From Felis catus (Eukaryota): DNA of 64,000 nt. Position numbers and translations under genes: made by a program. The stretch spans positions 62,868,001 through 62,932,000 of the forward strand of contig NC_058370.1 of assembly GCF_018350175.1 (NCBI RefSeq). The letters run 5' to 3'. This document shows positions 47,225 to 59,934 of this stretch, piece after piece. How positions within the stretch are numbered: position 1 is the first letter of the stretch; each line of letters opens with the position of its first letter. Below the pieces are notes generated by a model that did no database searches, was not told the DNA's origin, and saw only the letters and a program-made list of their open reading frames with translations.

Positions 47225-47550
47225 TGCTTATCCGGAATGCACATGTCACACAGGTCACGCACACGTATATGATGTACACACACCCTACCCACATATACAC
47301 CTATTCCAATTTTTACCATATTCATATGCGCACCGCATATATCCCCATACACCACGGACACAGAATACAAAAATACACTTCTATGCTCTACAGACATACC
47401 TAGTGCACACACACATACACACACGCAATACACAAATATATTCATGTCTCATTTATACGACGTGAACATAACACACACCTTGTGCATCGACATGCACCAT
47501 CTACATACACCACATTCACAAACACACAAACAGTAACCTACACACATATT
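47225..47550. repeat. Degenerate (CA/TA)n low-complexity tract
   Basis: Dense acac/atac words. Confidence 0.75.
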
Positions 47551-47600
47551 TGACCAACATAGTCTACTTTCTGATTAAAGTTCTCAAGATTTTAGTTTCT

Positions 47601-47822
47601 TTTTTTATTAAAAAAAATTTTTTTTAATGTTTGTTTTTGAGAGACAAAGAGACAGAGCACGAGCAGGCGAGGGGCAGAGAGAGGGAGACACAGAATCCAA
47701 AGCAGGTTCCAGGCTCTGAGCTGTCAGCACAGAACCCGATGCAGGGCTTGAACTCACAGCCTGAGAGATCATGAACTGAGCCGAAGTTGGACACTTAACC
47801 GACTGAGCCACCCAGGCACCCC
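47601..47822 (-). mobile_element. Can-SINE (SINEC_Fc)
   Basis: Perfect TSD tcaagattttagtttct at 47584-47600 and 47823-47839. Confidence 0.96.
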
Positions 47823-48025
47823 TCAAGATTTTAGTTTCTATTTAAACCCAATTATATAACTCACCAACTTCTCTTGGTCTGTTCTTTTCTTTCTCGACAA
47901 TAATCATGGATTTTTTTTTCTGTTTCAGCAAAAACAAACAAAGCAACAACAGCTATGAAAATTTGCTTCTTATTTGCTATAAATAAATGCAGCTGGGTGC
48001 AAACTTATCAAAATGCCAGAAAAAT

Positions 48026-48189
48026 GGGGCACCTGGGTGGCTCAGTCAATTAAGCATACAACTCTTGATTTTGGCTCAGGTCATGATCTCACGGTTTGTG
48101 AATTTGAGCCCCACATCGAGCTCTGTGCTGACAGCACAGAGCCTGCTTGGAATTCTCTCTCTCTCAAAATAAATAAATAAACTTAAAAA
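48026..48189 (+). mobile_element. Can-SINE
   Basis: Perfect TSD aaaatgccagaaaaa at 48010-48024 and 48190-48204. Confidence 0.95.
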
Positions 48190-48604
48190 AAAATGCCAGA
48201 AAAACAAATGGACCAAGAACTCAGATTTGGGGGTGTTTATCCTCTCTCTTCTTTCTCATGAAACTGTGTCTCTGCCTTTGTCTATACACAGACAAGTGGT
48301 AGATGCTTGGATGCTTGGAGACGTCTTTCCATCTAGATGTTCGCCCTGGGGGAACGCACACAAGATTTGCCACAAATACTGGGAGAACCACTTCTCATGG
48401 GAGGCTGGTTCTGCCCCTCAGCCCTCTGCCCCCGTTAGAACATGGTATGTCCCGAGAGCAAAGACAAGAGTGAAGATCACCACCAGCTTCAGGATGCCAC
48501 AGCAGACATTACTAATGGATCTAGGCATCTGTCCCTCCCAGCCTGGACTTGGTGTCACAATAACCTTCCTTGCCGGTTGATTAATCAAGGCTAGCGAGTA
48601 AGGT

Positions 48605-48710
48605 GGGAGCTATTTGAGATCCCATAGAGCCCAAGCCCCTCAGTGTATAGATGAGGAAATGGAGTCCCAAAGAGGAAGAGTGACTCATGTGAGGTCACAC
48701 AGCCCTACTC
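48605..48710 (-). mobile_element. MIR
   Basis: atagatgaggaaatggagtcccaaagagg...aggtcacacagc. Confidence 0.7.
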
Positions 48711-51539
48711 ATAGCAAAATGAGCCCTCTGCTCAGCTCTGTGCTCCACAGATGTGGCTGGTACAGGGGCAAGGGACTCCCTGGGGACTGAAGAAGAGGGG
48801 CTAGAGGGAGGTTGGGCCAGGCGTGGGTTTCCCTACATGCACCAAGCCTGTTTCTCTAAGCCCAAGCCCTGTCCACCCTCACCGGGACAGGCTGAGGGTC
48901 TCTGCTCTCTCCGTTACAGCACCCCTGGGCCTCTGGCCTTCAGGATCAAGGCAGGGAGTGGAGGGCCTTCCAGGGTTCAGAGATGTTGTCTTCTCTTCTC
49001 TCCCCCATCTCAGTTCTCCCCTCCTCCCTGAAGCCTTCTGTCCCACTAGGTCTCTCCGAGGGTCTCTCCCCAGAATCACCGCACTGCACAATCAGATGTC
49101 CGTGCACGTGCTGGCATGTACTGGCCTCTCACGGGGTCCCACAACCAGGCCAGAAGTGCCCCCTTCTGACGGCCACACCTTTACCATTATTGTGCTTCTG
49201 CCAGACTGCCCTTTCCACCCTACCCCCACCTGGCCTCCTGCCCATCCTTGAACCCCCGTCGCTGGTGTCACCCCGCCTTCCCCAAAGCACACAGGTACCT
49301 TGCTCTGTAAACTCTGAAAACTGTTTCTGGACTTTTCTCACAACCCTGATGGGGCCCTGTTTGCTGTTGTAGAAGGTGTCTGGGTTTTATCCCCTTAGTG
49401 CAGAAGAGTTTGGACTTCTCACACCCACAGCACTTTCCTCCAGGAGAAACCCCCCGCCACCCCCCCCCCAACTCCCAGACAACGCAGGTTTCCAACACAG
49501 TGGAAACTTCCACTTGGCAGCACTAAAGCTCCTTGGCCAGGCCCCAGCTCCAGGCACATTGTGGGTGCTGAGGACATATCTGTTGAGAGGGCACAAGGGA
49601 TGCATAGGTGATAGAGCCCTGCCCTCCAGGGGTTCCTGGCCAACCCACTCCCCTGGACGGGGGGCCTGGCCAGACACGGGAGGGCTCCCGTGGACTGGTT
49701 CCCTATTCTCCAGGCACGTCCTCTCAGGGCATTCCTGTCCCTCAGGGCGACAGCTGCTGCAGGCAGTACTAATGGGGGGCACTGGAGGGGAGGCCCTCCT
49801 GGGAGGCCCTGTCACGGGGCCAGTTGGACACAGTGCCCCCACCTGTGCTGCTGCTTCCAGCCTGGGGTGGGCATGGCGGCTGCCAGGGACATTCTTTCCC
49901 TGGGGGCGGGATACAGCTGCTGGGAGATGGGGAGGGAGAGGGAGGGCATGTGAGCCTCAGCATTTGAGTCACATCACACCCAGACAGACAGATGCCTGCA
50001 CAGACGGATGTGCCACCACACATTCTCATCACACACTCATGCGGGCCCTCCCACCCAGTCACAAACCACACAATGGCACTCCTGGCCACCTCACCAGGAG
50101 TTTGGGCAAATCCAACAGTGGGAGAGGCTGGAATGATTGTAGACAATGAAGGAAGAAAGTAGAACAACCAAAAGCAGAACAGGAAAAATCGTGCCTTTAC
50201 TGGTGGGAAAAGCCTCAGGTCCCTGTTGCTTCCATCCTGGCTCAGCCTGGGGACTGGAAGGACCCTGGAGCCCGCAGCCCAGAGCTCAGCCCGGTCAGCC
50301 TCAAGGGCAGCCCCAGGAGACATGTGGTGGGGAAAACGTGGGATTGGGACCCAAGAAGTCTGGGTTCAGCCAGGACCAGTTGGGTGACCTTGGACCAGTC
50401 CCTTGACTTTTCAGCTTTCTAGTCTATGCGCAAAGGGCAGTTCCAAGGTCCTTTCAGCTTTGGAGGTACGTGAAAGGGGGTGAGGGATGGGAGCTTAGGG
50501 AGGGGAACCCTCCGACTGTTGAGTCTGGGAATCACAGAGCCTGGCACAGACAGCCCCTTGAAGATTTCCCAGGCAGAGGGGAGGACGGGCAGCATGGAGC
50601 CAGGGTAGGGGGGTGGGGGCGGCAACGTAGCTGTGGAGAGCAAGTTTCGAAGGGAGCCCAGGAGGCCGGGAGGCCAGGCCCTCCCTCTACTGGCTAAGAG
50701 GCCACTCCCTGTGGCAAGCCTCCCCTCCCTCCCCTCACAGCCCAGCCTTGTTGAGCTGCCCCATCCATGCTTCCAGAGGACATGCCCCTGTCTGAGAACC
50801 AGGCTCCGAGGCTTGTGACAATGATTCAGAGAGACAGCATGTGCAAAGGGCATGCTAATGTTGGCAGTCGTCATTGTTGTCCTTAACACCTGTCATCGTA
50901 TGTCTCTCTGTCTGTCCTCGTCCAAGGCTGAGATTTTCCTGAGGTGAGAGCCGGTCATTTTGTCCAGTCCTCTACCCTAAATACCACTGTGCTGGGTATG
51001 CAGTAGGTGGCTGAGTGAACTTCCTTCTGGGGACTGACCTGGAGATGCTTTCTGCTTGGGGGACCCCCATCTCACCACTCCCTGTTGCACTCCCCTGGGG
51101 CAAGTCGGGGATGGTGGGCCCACTCCAGAGCCCCTCTCTTAGACCAGTCCCCCCTCACTCAGAGCCCCAAACCCTGGTTCAGACTCTCCAGCCTTGGGTT
51201 CCAGAGACTCTCTGGGCATTCCTGGTCCTTTAGGAGCCTTGACCCTAATGAAGTAGTTGATGGGTCCCGTCCTCTCTCTCGGGACCCAGCCTCACCAGGA
51301 TGAGGCTTGGCAACTCAGGAGGACTCATTGCAGATCCAGGGCTATGTGGCGGCAAGCAGAGTGGCAAGAATGGGCACCTCCGTTCCCACCCCAGAGGGGA
51401 GACATGAGTTCCTGTCCTCAGAGAGGGTCCAACCTGCTCCAGGTTTCTACCCTGGGGGACTCAATGCTGTTGTGTGGGGAATGATAACATGATAAGAAGG
51501 ATCTAGGAGTAGTCTGTGGGTTTCTATTTGCTGCCGCTT

Positions 51540-52000
51540 TGTTTTCTGAGCATTTCCTCTCTCCAGGCACTTGCTATACTACTTTTTTCATAAACATGAT
51601 CTCCTTTTATCTTCACAGCCACTTTATGTCCTACACCATCGCCACTCCTGTTTTAAAGACAAACTCACCAGGGCTCAGAAAGGATAAACCCCTTGTCCGG
51701 GGCCACACAGTAAGGGTGGGAGTTGGGACTCAAATCCAGGGCCATGTGACATGAAAGGGTGTTCTGTGTCTCCACCACAGCAAGGCAGTCCTGCTTTAGA
51801 GGTGTCGGGGTTCTTTGGCAGTTTATCAACTCGTTTCCAATCCTTTGCTTCGTTGATTCCGCCAGCAACCTAGCATGGCAGGTGCTATCGTCCCCATTTT
51901 GCATTTGATGAAACTATGACTCAGAGAGGACGAGTGACCGTCCCAAGGTCACCCTTCCAAGAAGTGGCAGCATCAGGACCAGGACCCCAGCCTGAGTTTA
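51540..52000 (-). mobile_element. Two adjacent MIR fragments
   Basis: ttttctgagcatt...tccaggcact...gctcagaaagg; tatcgtccccattttgca...gaaactatgactcagagagg...cccaaggtcac. Confidence 0.7.
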
Positions 52001-52659
52001 AATTATATCCTTCTTCCTCCAGCCAAGAGTCTCATCTCCAGAAAAGTAAGCAAGAAACCAGATTTCCTGCTGGAGCTNNNNNNNNNNNNNNNNNNNNNNN
52101 NNNNNNNNNNNNNNNNNNNNNNNNNNNNNNNNNNNNNNNNNNNNNNNNNNNNNNNNNNNNNNNNNNNNNNNNNNNNNNNNNNNNNNNNNNNNNNNNNNNN
52201 NNNNNNNNNNNNNNNNNNNNNNNNNNNNNNNNNNNNNNNNNNNNNNNNNNNNNNNNNNNNNNNNNNNNNNNNNNNNNNNNNTTTAGCTGTTTCCATTTCA
52301 TATAATTTACAGATTTTTTCTGCCTTATCATGGCCCTCTGGACACAGGGCATTTCTTCAGCCCTTCAAAATATGGTGCTGAAAATTATATTTGGTTTCCT
52401 TGTCAATGTACTATTGAGTTATTTCTTATCTGTATACAGTGGTTCTTGTGTGCTTTGAATCCTTTTCAAAGACTATTATTCTGTATGACCGCCCCCCCCC
52501 CCACATTTTATGTTAGCTTAAACTGAGATTCACTAGACTCTCCAAGGAAAAGTTGATAAGGGAAGCCCTAAAGGCCCATAGAAAAAGCAACCTGCTTTTT
52601 ACACTTAATATATTTTGAATGTCATTCCAGGTTAATCAATACAGTTTCTTTCTTTTTTT

Positions 52660-53110
52660 TTTTCCAGTAAATATTTTGCTTTAATTTTCAATATAAGTAT
52701 ATGTTAGATACAAAAAAATGCAAAGATATTAAGCTTGATAAAATTTTACCTACATATACACTTATTTAACCACTACCTAAGGTATTGGCTAAGGTATTGA
52801 GCATTTCCAGCACTCCAGAAGGTTCCCTCATCTCCATCCTAGTCAATATCCCCTGCCTCCGTAGGCCACTGTTCTGACCTCTATCACCTTAGATTCATTT
52901 TGCCTGTTTTGGAATTTCATCTGAATGGAATCATACAGTAGGTACTCTTTTATATTTGGCTTCTTTCACTCGACATAATGTTTTTTGAGCTTTACCCATG
53001 TGGTTGCAGGAGTCAGTAGTTCATTCTTTTTAACTGCTGTGTATATTTCTACCTTATAAATATATCACAATTTGTGATCCCCTTTCTGTTGACATATATT
53101 TAGAAATGTA
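52660..53110 (-). mobile_element. LINE-1 3' end (L1MB/MC-like), non-inverted arm
   Basis: gcatttccagcactccagaaggttccctc...ccactgttctgacctctatcacc...aatggaatcatacagta. Confidence 0.85.
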
Positions 53111-53119
53111 GATTAAAAC

Positions 53120-53400
53120 CCTGATGCAACAGCTTTACATATTCATTAGAAAAACCAACATGAGACACGCTGACGGTACTAAGTGTTGGTGAAGATGGCG
53201 AGCGGGACAAGTGGGGTTCCCAGGAACTGGTGGGGGAACTGGTGGAACATGTAGGGACGACCCCTGTTTAGCAACATCTGCTCGGGTTGTACATACACAT
53301 ATCCTTTGACCCAGCATCCCATCTTGAGTATGTACAGCCAAGAGAAAGGCGTGCTTATGTCTGCCAAAAGACATGTACCGGAATGTTCATGGCAGCCTTA
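53120..53400 (+). mobile_element. LINE-1 ORF2 3' segment in opposite orientation (inverted arm)
   Basis: ctaagtgttggtgaagatg...cctttgacccagca...ccaaaagacatgtaccggaatgttcatggcagcctta. Confidence 0.75.
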
Positions 53401-53404
53401 CCGA

Positions 53405-53720
53405 CCATTCCATCACTGTGTAAATAGCTGCCAGGTTCTCCATTGTGTGAACATACCAATCTCCCACTGGCTGGTATCAGTTCTAAGCAAGTCTGAGATA
53501 AGCGTCCTTATGCACAGGCCTCGTGTGAACTTTCCATTATTTCCTTAGGATGGATTCCCAGAAGTAGATTGCTGAGTCAGAAGCACGCACATCTTCAGGG
53601 CTTGAGACCCACATCACCAAGCTGTCCCCAGAAGAGTGGCACCAGCTTCCCCTCCCACTGACCACATGTGCCCGTGGCTTCGAGGCTTCCACAAACCTAG
53701 AAGTCACTCCTGGTTTAAAT
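53405..53720 (-). mobile_element. Old LINE-1 fragment (L1ME-like host)
   Basis: tccattgtgtgaacatacca...ttatttccttaggatggattcccagaagtagattgctgagtca. Confidence 0.7.
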
Positions 53721-56700
53721 GCACCCCGCCCCCTCTCTGGAGCCCAGAGACCCATGGCTTTCCGGACTCCTGGTAGTGAGAGGAAGGAAGGTTTGGGGTA
53801 AACACGCTGAAAGCACAATGGCCAACAGCTCTCGGGGCCAGGCCGCCAGGCGCACAGGGCCACCACCCTCCTTCCGCTAGCTGAACCCAGCCTTATCAGA
53901 GCAGCCGTCGGGGCCAGCATGTCCGCTGATGCTGGTGGCCTCCCGCAGGCTGAGCGCAGGAAGCGGTGGCTGCGGCACGTAAGCGACCACCTACGCTGGC
54001 CCAGGAGTGCCAGTGCAGCCCCGTCCAACGTGGGGACTTCAGTGGGTGAGTGCAGCACCCAGCCCGTCCTCTTCCTCCTCAGCCCTTCAGCCGGGCGCTG
54101 ACTTCTGTCCGAGCCTTTCCCTTCCCCAAACGCCTAGGGGGTGTCTCGATGTTCAGGCAGGCAGCAGAGTGTGCAGGGCTTGGGGGAGGAGGCCTTCCCT
54201 CCTCTTGGAGATCAGGCAGGGTTTACCTGATACGATGGGAAGAGCCTCAAGAAGTCCCCAGCTTGGCCAACCTGGGGGCCAAGTACCTGAAATGCCCCCA
54301 CTGTCCTGCCTTCGTGTTCAACGCTGCCCCACCCGCCCATCCACCCAGGGAGTGGCAGTCAGCACAAGGGAGGGAAGTTCTGATACCCCCTCCCCCCCTT
54401 CCTCCCAGCAGGAAAAGGGAAGGAAGGTTGCAGGAAGCCCACTTCCCCAGCTTCACAATTCAGCTGCCAGCTGCATGGGTCAGGCCAGCTGTTCCGGCCG
54501 TTCCAACACAGTCAGGCCCTTTCTCCACACCAGGGGGAGACCCAGTGCTCAATTTCCCCCAAGTTCTTTCCTGCCAAGGGTCCAGCTTCTGCCAGCCCCC
54601 CTCTCCCACTACCACCACCCAAGGAAGAGACTGGGCATCCACAGGGGACAGTGAGCTGGACATAGTTTCTGGAGCCTGGCAGAGGCCCTTGGTTCCCTGG
54701 AGACTAAGGCTTAGAGAAGAGGTGACTATCTGGTCTCTGTTGCCACATCTGTAAGACAGGACTAACGTTATGTGGCTCTTAGAGGCCAGGCTCAGGGAAG
54801 AGAGAAGGCAGGCTGAGCAGCCCTGATTGTGGCCTGCCTCCCTACCCAGACTGGGGCCCCCAGCTCGGGCTCCAGAGGTTCCCACCCTTCCGGCTGTCTG
54901 CTCGAAGCTCCTGCTGTCAAGGACAGCTCATGCCTGACCAGCTGCATTCCTGCCCCACAGCCACATGCTTCTGGAACCAGGGGCCCTCGGAGTTGTTGTA
55001 AGCCAGGCCTGTGTCCCCTGTTCAGTTTCTGGAAGTAGAGCCGGAAATGGGGACCCCTGTCCCCATTTCCAGGACAACCTGGAAAGGGTTGAAAGGGAGT
55101 GTTCTCAGGAGCAGGGCACTGAGGGAAGCAGGATGGGGCAGGGGAGAAACCGAAGCAAGGATGTGGCGTCTAGTTCCTGCCAGATCGCACAGATCCCACA
55201 GGAGCTCTGGAGCAGGACATTCATGGAGGCATTGGCCTGGCCCGTCCCATCCTGGGTCAGTCACTGGCTACAGGCTGGAGATGGGGGCTGAGTGCCAGGA
55301 AGGGGAACCCCGGGTGGTCGGGCCAGCACAATTCTCCAGAGAAGCTGGCAGCACAAGTCTCACCTCCCCTGGGGAAAGGGATCTGGGCGGGACATCCACA
55401 ACAGCCACCACACCCACCCACCCCATTCAGGTGGGAAGCCCCCAGGCCGCCAGCTTGGTGCCCACCGCAGACTCACCACAGCCAATTTTCCTCCAGTCCT
55501 GTCTGTGTAGTGCAAGATCCTGGTTCCACATGAGCCCATGGAGGCCCAGGGAAGGGGTCTTGAAAGAGCAGCAGAGCCAGGGCAGACCCCAGGCCAAACG
55601 TCCTTACTTCTGGAGCCAGAGCCTCTAACGGAGGGTGGTCACAGACTTGCACCTCCCCTGAATTTCATGCTGGTTGTGGTATGTGCGTAAATGGGTATTT
55701 CAGGAAAGACAGTATCATGGCGTCTCAAAGCAAGGAAACTAAGCATGGTTGCTGACCCTCACCCGGTTATTCCCACAGATGCATCACTAACAGGGGGCTG
55801 TGACAGAGATCCTGGGCTCGGGAAATGCCTGGGGAGGCTGAGAGATGTTCCACACATCCATCCACCCTGTCTTCCCCTCCCGGGCTTGGCGAGGGGCACT
55901 GGGCTGTCCCGGAATCTGAGAGGAGAAGCCGCTTCCTCTCCTCATCCTGGGGTGGGCCCGGGCCAGAGTCCTGGGGCCGAACCCCACAAGCTGCTGGACG
56001 ATGGTACACAGACCAGGCCACCACTTACACATCTGACATTTGTGTTGCACGTGTATAAAAAGCGCCCTCGCCAGGAGAGACAAACCACTCAAAAGTACCC
56101 CTTCTAAGGCAGTACATTTCAGGAACAGCCCCTTCTTCAGGGTGGGCCTGCCCGGCCCCCCACCCCTCACACCTTGGTTCTACAGGACTTCTCCCCCCCT
56201 CAACCGACCAGCACCAAGAGGCAAGCCCCCAGGGGACAAGCCCACCATCATCCCGGGCCCCTAGAAAAAGAGACTTGTTTCCAGGGTGAGAGAGAAAGCA
56301 GGAAAAGGCCAGAGCGTGTGCCTTAAGGCTCTGAAATCCTGAACTAGGGCAGAGCTGGGACGGCATCTCAATGAAGCCGCTGACAGATTCTGGGCCTCCG
56401 GCCAGCTTCACACCAGACCTGTGAGGGGGACCCGGGCTGTGCCAGGCTGGCAGGGCTGCAGGAGTCAGGGCTGGGGAGCACACAGCGGTTGCCTGGCCAC
56501 CATGGCTATGGAGGTGCCCCGAAGGCAGCAGAGGCTGAGGGACACGAGGTCCTGGGACACAGGCCTGAGCCTCCATTCAATGCTGAGCCTTGCTGGGGAG
56601 CATTCTATCTTGCCGCCAGCTAGGGTCAAGAACTACTGAATTGATCCTTAGTTCCTCTCTCCAGAAAGGGCTCTGAGATCAATTAGATGTGGGGAACATC

Positions 56701-56873
56701 TCCTATGCTGGCTTCTCTGGGTGACTCACAGAACATATTAACATAGCAAAGAACTTTCCAAGCAAAAAAGCAAAACAAAACAAAACAACTTTGCTCTGGA
56801 AACTGACGGTGGTGATGGCGGTATGTGTATGCACCGGTGTATGATATTGTCCCTGTTTTATAAATGGGACCCT

Positions 56874-57108
56874 GGGTGCACCTGAGTGGCTCAGTTGGTT
56901 AAGTGTCTGACTTCGGCTCAGGTCATGATCTCACAGCCCGTGAGTTCGAGCCCCGCGTCGGGCTCCGTGCTGACAGCTCAGAGCCTGGAGCCTGCTTCAG
57001 ATTCTGTGACTCCATCTCTCTCTGCCCCTCCCCTGCTCATGCTCTCTCTCTCTCTCTCTCTCAAAAATAAATAAAAACATTAAAAATTAAAAAAAAATAA
57101 AAGTAAAA
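56874..57108 (+). mobile_element. Can-SINE (SINEC_Fc) inserted in a MIR
   Basis: TSD ataaatgggac(c/t)ct; MIR core on both flanks. Confidence 0.95.
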
Positions 57109-58504
57109 ATAAATGGGACTCTGAGAGGCTAAAGAATGTGCCTGATGTCATCACCATGGTCAGTGGCAGAGTGCCAACTCAGACTCAGGGCTCTCCCATA
57201 CATACCCCTGACTCCACACACCCTGATCACCTCCAGAAATGGGACTCTTGGCAACTTCTCCTGGGGGGCAGGTAGCCCCAGGTAGGGCTCTGACAGGTGG
57301 CTTTACACAGCTACCTCTCCCAGTTGGGCTTTTTCTCTCCCTGCAGTCAGACCCTTATCAAGGTCTGCTGGAGGCCCAGAGCCTTTGACTTCCTGTCCAG
57401 CCCCTCGCAGAGCCAAACTGGCAGAGCCCATCCTCGCTGCGGGGGTGCTCGGTGCCCCATCATGTGCCCAGATCCTCTCAATCTGGTGCAGGCTCTCAAT
57501 CTTCCCTGCTCTCTGTCTCCCGCGAGGGCGTGGAGGGAGGTTTGTGGCTTCCAAATTCTATTCCTGCAGGTCGACCTCATCAACATGACGCTCCCAGCAT
57601 GAAGAAGTGGACCATTCTTCCAGGCACACTGGTGGAATTGAAGCCACTGGGGAAGTCTCCGTGGGGAGGTGCTGGAGGTTGCATGATCATCCTTAAGTGG
57701 GGCTTGAGGACCAGCAAACTCTAAAATTCAGGTTGCTGAATCCCTGCTCCCTGTACCCCAGGCAAACTTCAATCCTTCCCTCAGTGCCCACCTTGGTTTG
57801 AAAAGCTCTAATGAAGAGGCTACTGCATTCTTGTAGCAAAGGGGGCTCCAGGAGCTGGTGTAACATGAGCCCGGGGAGGGGGGGCACCTGGGTGCGAAGC
57901 ATTTCTGAGTTCTCAGAACCTGCACAAAGACTTATGTGGGAAAGTCTCTTAGAACACGCTCATGTCTCTCTGGCTAAATCTAATTAAGATGAAACCTTAG
58001 CTTCCTTTGGAGTCTGCTGCGTGCCATCAAGCAGTTCCTGAGAAAGACTTTGTGAAAACTGGCTTGGCCAAGGTAAGACTCACTCACACTGTGTCCCATT
58101 CTCTCTGGACTCTTGTTTCAGCACCAAATCAATGTCTTCCTATGAGATGCGTGGATGATAAGCTTCTGTTTCCCAGTGAAGTTTACAAGCTAAAGAATCT
58201 CCCCGTCAGTACACCACCCGCCGTTGGCGAGGACCCTACAACCATCTGACAACTCTTTCTTATTCCCTAAACAACCCAGCCAAAAGGAAGTATCAGAAAG
58301 GTATAGGAAGAACCAGGGAACCAGGAGAGCCATTAGAGTGAGCAAGGCATAGACAAAGCAATAATACAGCAATAATTCACAGTCCAGAGGGGCAGGCTGG
58401 TGGCACCTGGGAAGTCTGACTGGGGACCCAAGTGGCCAGACGAGAGTGACCTTAGACAACAGACCTCTAAAGTGGGAGGAAGTCTGGCACCTTGGGTTGG
58501 CAGA

Positions 58505-58710
58505 ATTGTGCCAGGTGCTTCTCTTTATGCTTTATGCTTATTTAATCTTTCTGACAACTACTGTTATTAGCCCCATTTTACAGATGAAATAACTGAGGCA
58601 CAGAGAGTAGGTAATTTGCCTAGAGGCATACAATTGACACACGGTAGTCAGGATTTGAACCCAGGCAGTTTGGTTCCAGAGTCCATGTACTAGATCACCA
58701 CACCACAGCT
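58505..58710 (-). mobile_element. MIR
   Basis: ccccattttacagatgaaataactgaggcacagagag...caggatttgaacccaggcagt. Confidence 0.9.
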
Positions 58711-58741
58711 CACTCTCAGGGAGGAGGGTCCAGTTATTGGA

Positions 58742-59262
58742 TGTTGAGGTTACTATGGCTGTGTAACGCCAAAACTTAGTGGCTTAAAACATCCCTAGTC
58801 ATCTATTCAGCTCATGAATCTAGGGTCTGGGCAGGGCATGGTGGGAAAGGATTAGGTGCTGCTCTACAAGATGGACGTGGGGGAACCGCGTCTGAGGACA
58901 GAAGGATCCCCTGCCTGGCACAATGACTCACAGGGTTAACAAGCAAGAGCTGGTGGCTGGCTGGGAGCTCAGCCAGACGGAGAGTGGGGGGCTGTGTTCC
59001 TCTCCACATGGGCCCCTCCATGGCTGCTCAGGCTTCCTCACGGCATGGCGGCCGGATTCCAAGCGTGAGAGTCACAAGAGACCGGAAGTGGAAACTGACA
59101 GTTTCTTAAAGCCCAGGTCCAGAAACGGGCATGGCCTCGTTTTCACAATGGTCTATTGGCCGAAGCAGCCAAACATCCCAGGTTCAAGAGGGTGGGATAT
59201 AAATCCCATCTCCAAGTGAAAAGAGAGTCAGAATTTGGGGATTATGCTTTAAAACTGCCACT
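58742..59262 (-). mobile_element. Solo MaLR LTR (MLT1H-like)
   Basis: ctatggctgtgtaac..caaaacttagtggcttaaaaca...gctggctgggagctcagc...tttaaaactgccac. Confidence 0.8.
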
Positions 59263-59389
59263 TTGGACCTGGCATCCAGAGGAAGGACTGGATCCCAGGA
59301 ATGAAAGAGAAGCTGTTGACTGTTAGCTCTTGCTCAGGGCAGATCAGAGGGAAGGCACGTGGACTGTAGCACATGGACCAATAAAGTCT

Positions 59390-59590
59390 CCAGTATGTGC
59401 CAGGTCTTGGCCCTCCTGGGCATTATCTCAGTTTACCTTTACAACAACCCTTGAACATAAATTTTCTCACCAGTTATTATAGATGAGGACTCTCAAACGC
59501 AGAGAGGGTGTTAGCCTTATCCAAGGTCACACAGCTGCTAAATGTCAGAGTTCCTCTGATTCCAGAGCTGAACTCTTAACTCCCACAATG
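59390..59590 (-). mobile_element. MIR
   Basis: tatgtgccagg...acaacaaccct...tagatgagga...ccaaggtcacacagct. Confidence 0.8.
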
Positions 59591-59934
59591 AAGAGCAGGG
59601 CTGGCCTCAGAGGTATGACAAAGTCAGCTGGGAAGTGGTAGGAGGGCAAGGAGCCAGGCTATCACTCCTCACCCACTCACCTCCTCCAGAAGCCCTCCTG
59701 GGAAGCCTCCTGCCCTCTGGGCAGGGCTCCAAGACATCCCATCCCAAGGCATCCTTTCCTTCTCATGCCTCCTCTCAGGCTGGGGCACGTATGGACCTTC
59801 CTTCTGGCCCTGCCTCCCAAGCTGTTTCTCAACCCTGACCGGTTCCCAAAGTCCTCTCTGTACTTCCTGGAAACTTCCCAGAGGCACTCTCCCCGCTCCT
59901 CTCATCTCGGCTATAAGCACAAGGTCTTTAAATT

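Noticed and set aside
49376-50149. 257-aa ORF, the longest in the window
   Set aside because: Non-ATG start, G/P/L-rich, overlapped by similar ORFs on both strands; expected by chance in GC-rich DNA
8127-52503. Numerous poly-C/poly-G runs (e.g. 8128, 10808, 21516, 26484, 38660, 52492)
   Set aside because: Unrelated homopolymers with no shared flanks or spacing
52777-52799. ctaaggtattg x2, and similar small duplications near 19311, 53223 and 62416
   Set aside because: Ordinary slippage duplications inside old repeats
54007-55628. Several ORFs of more than 200 aa
   Set aside because: Overlapping frames, P/S/G-rich, no recognisable homology
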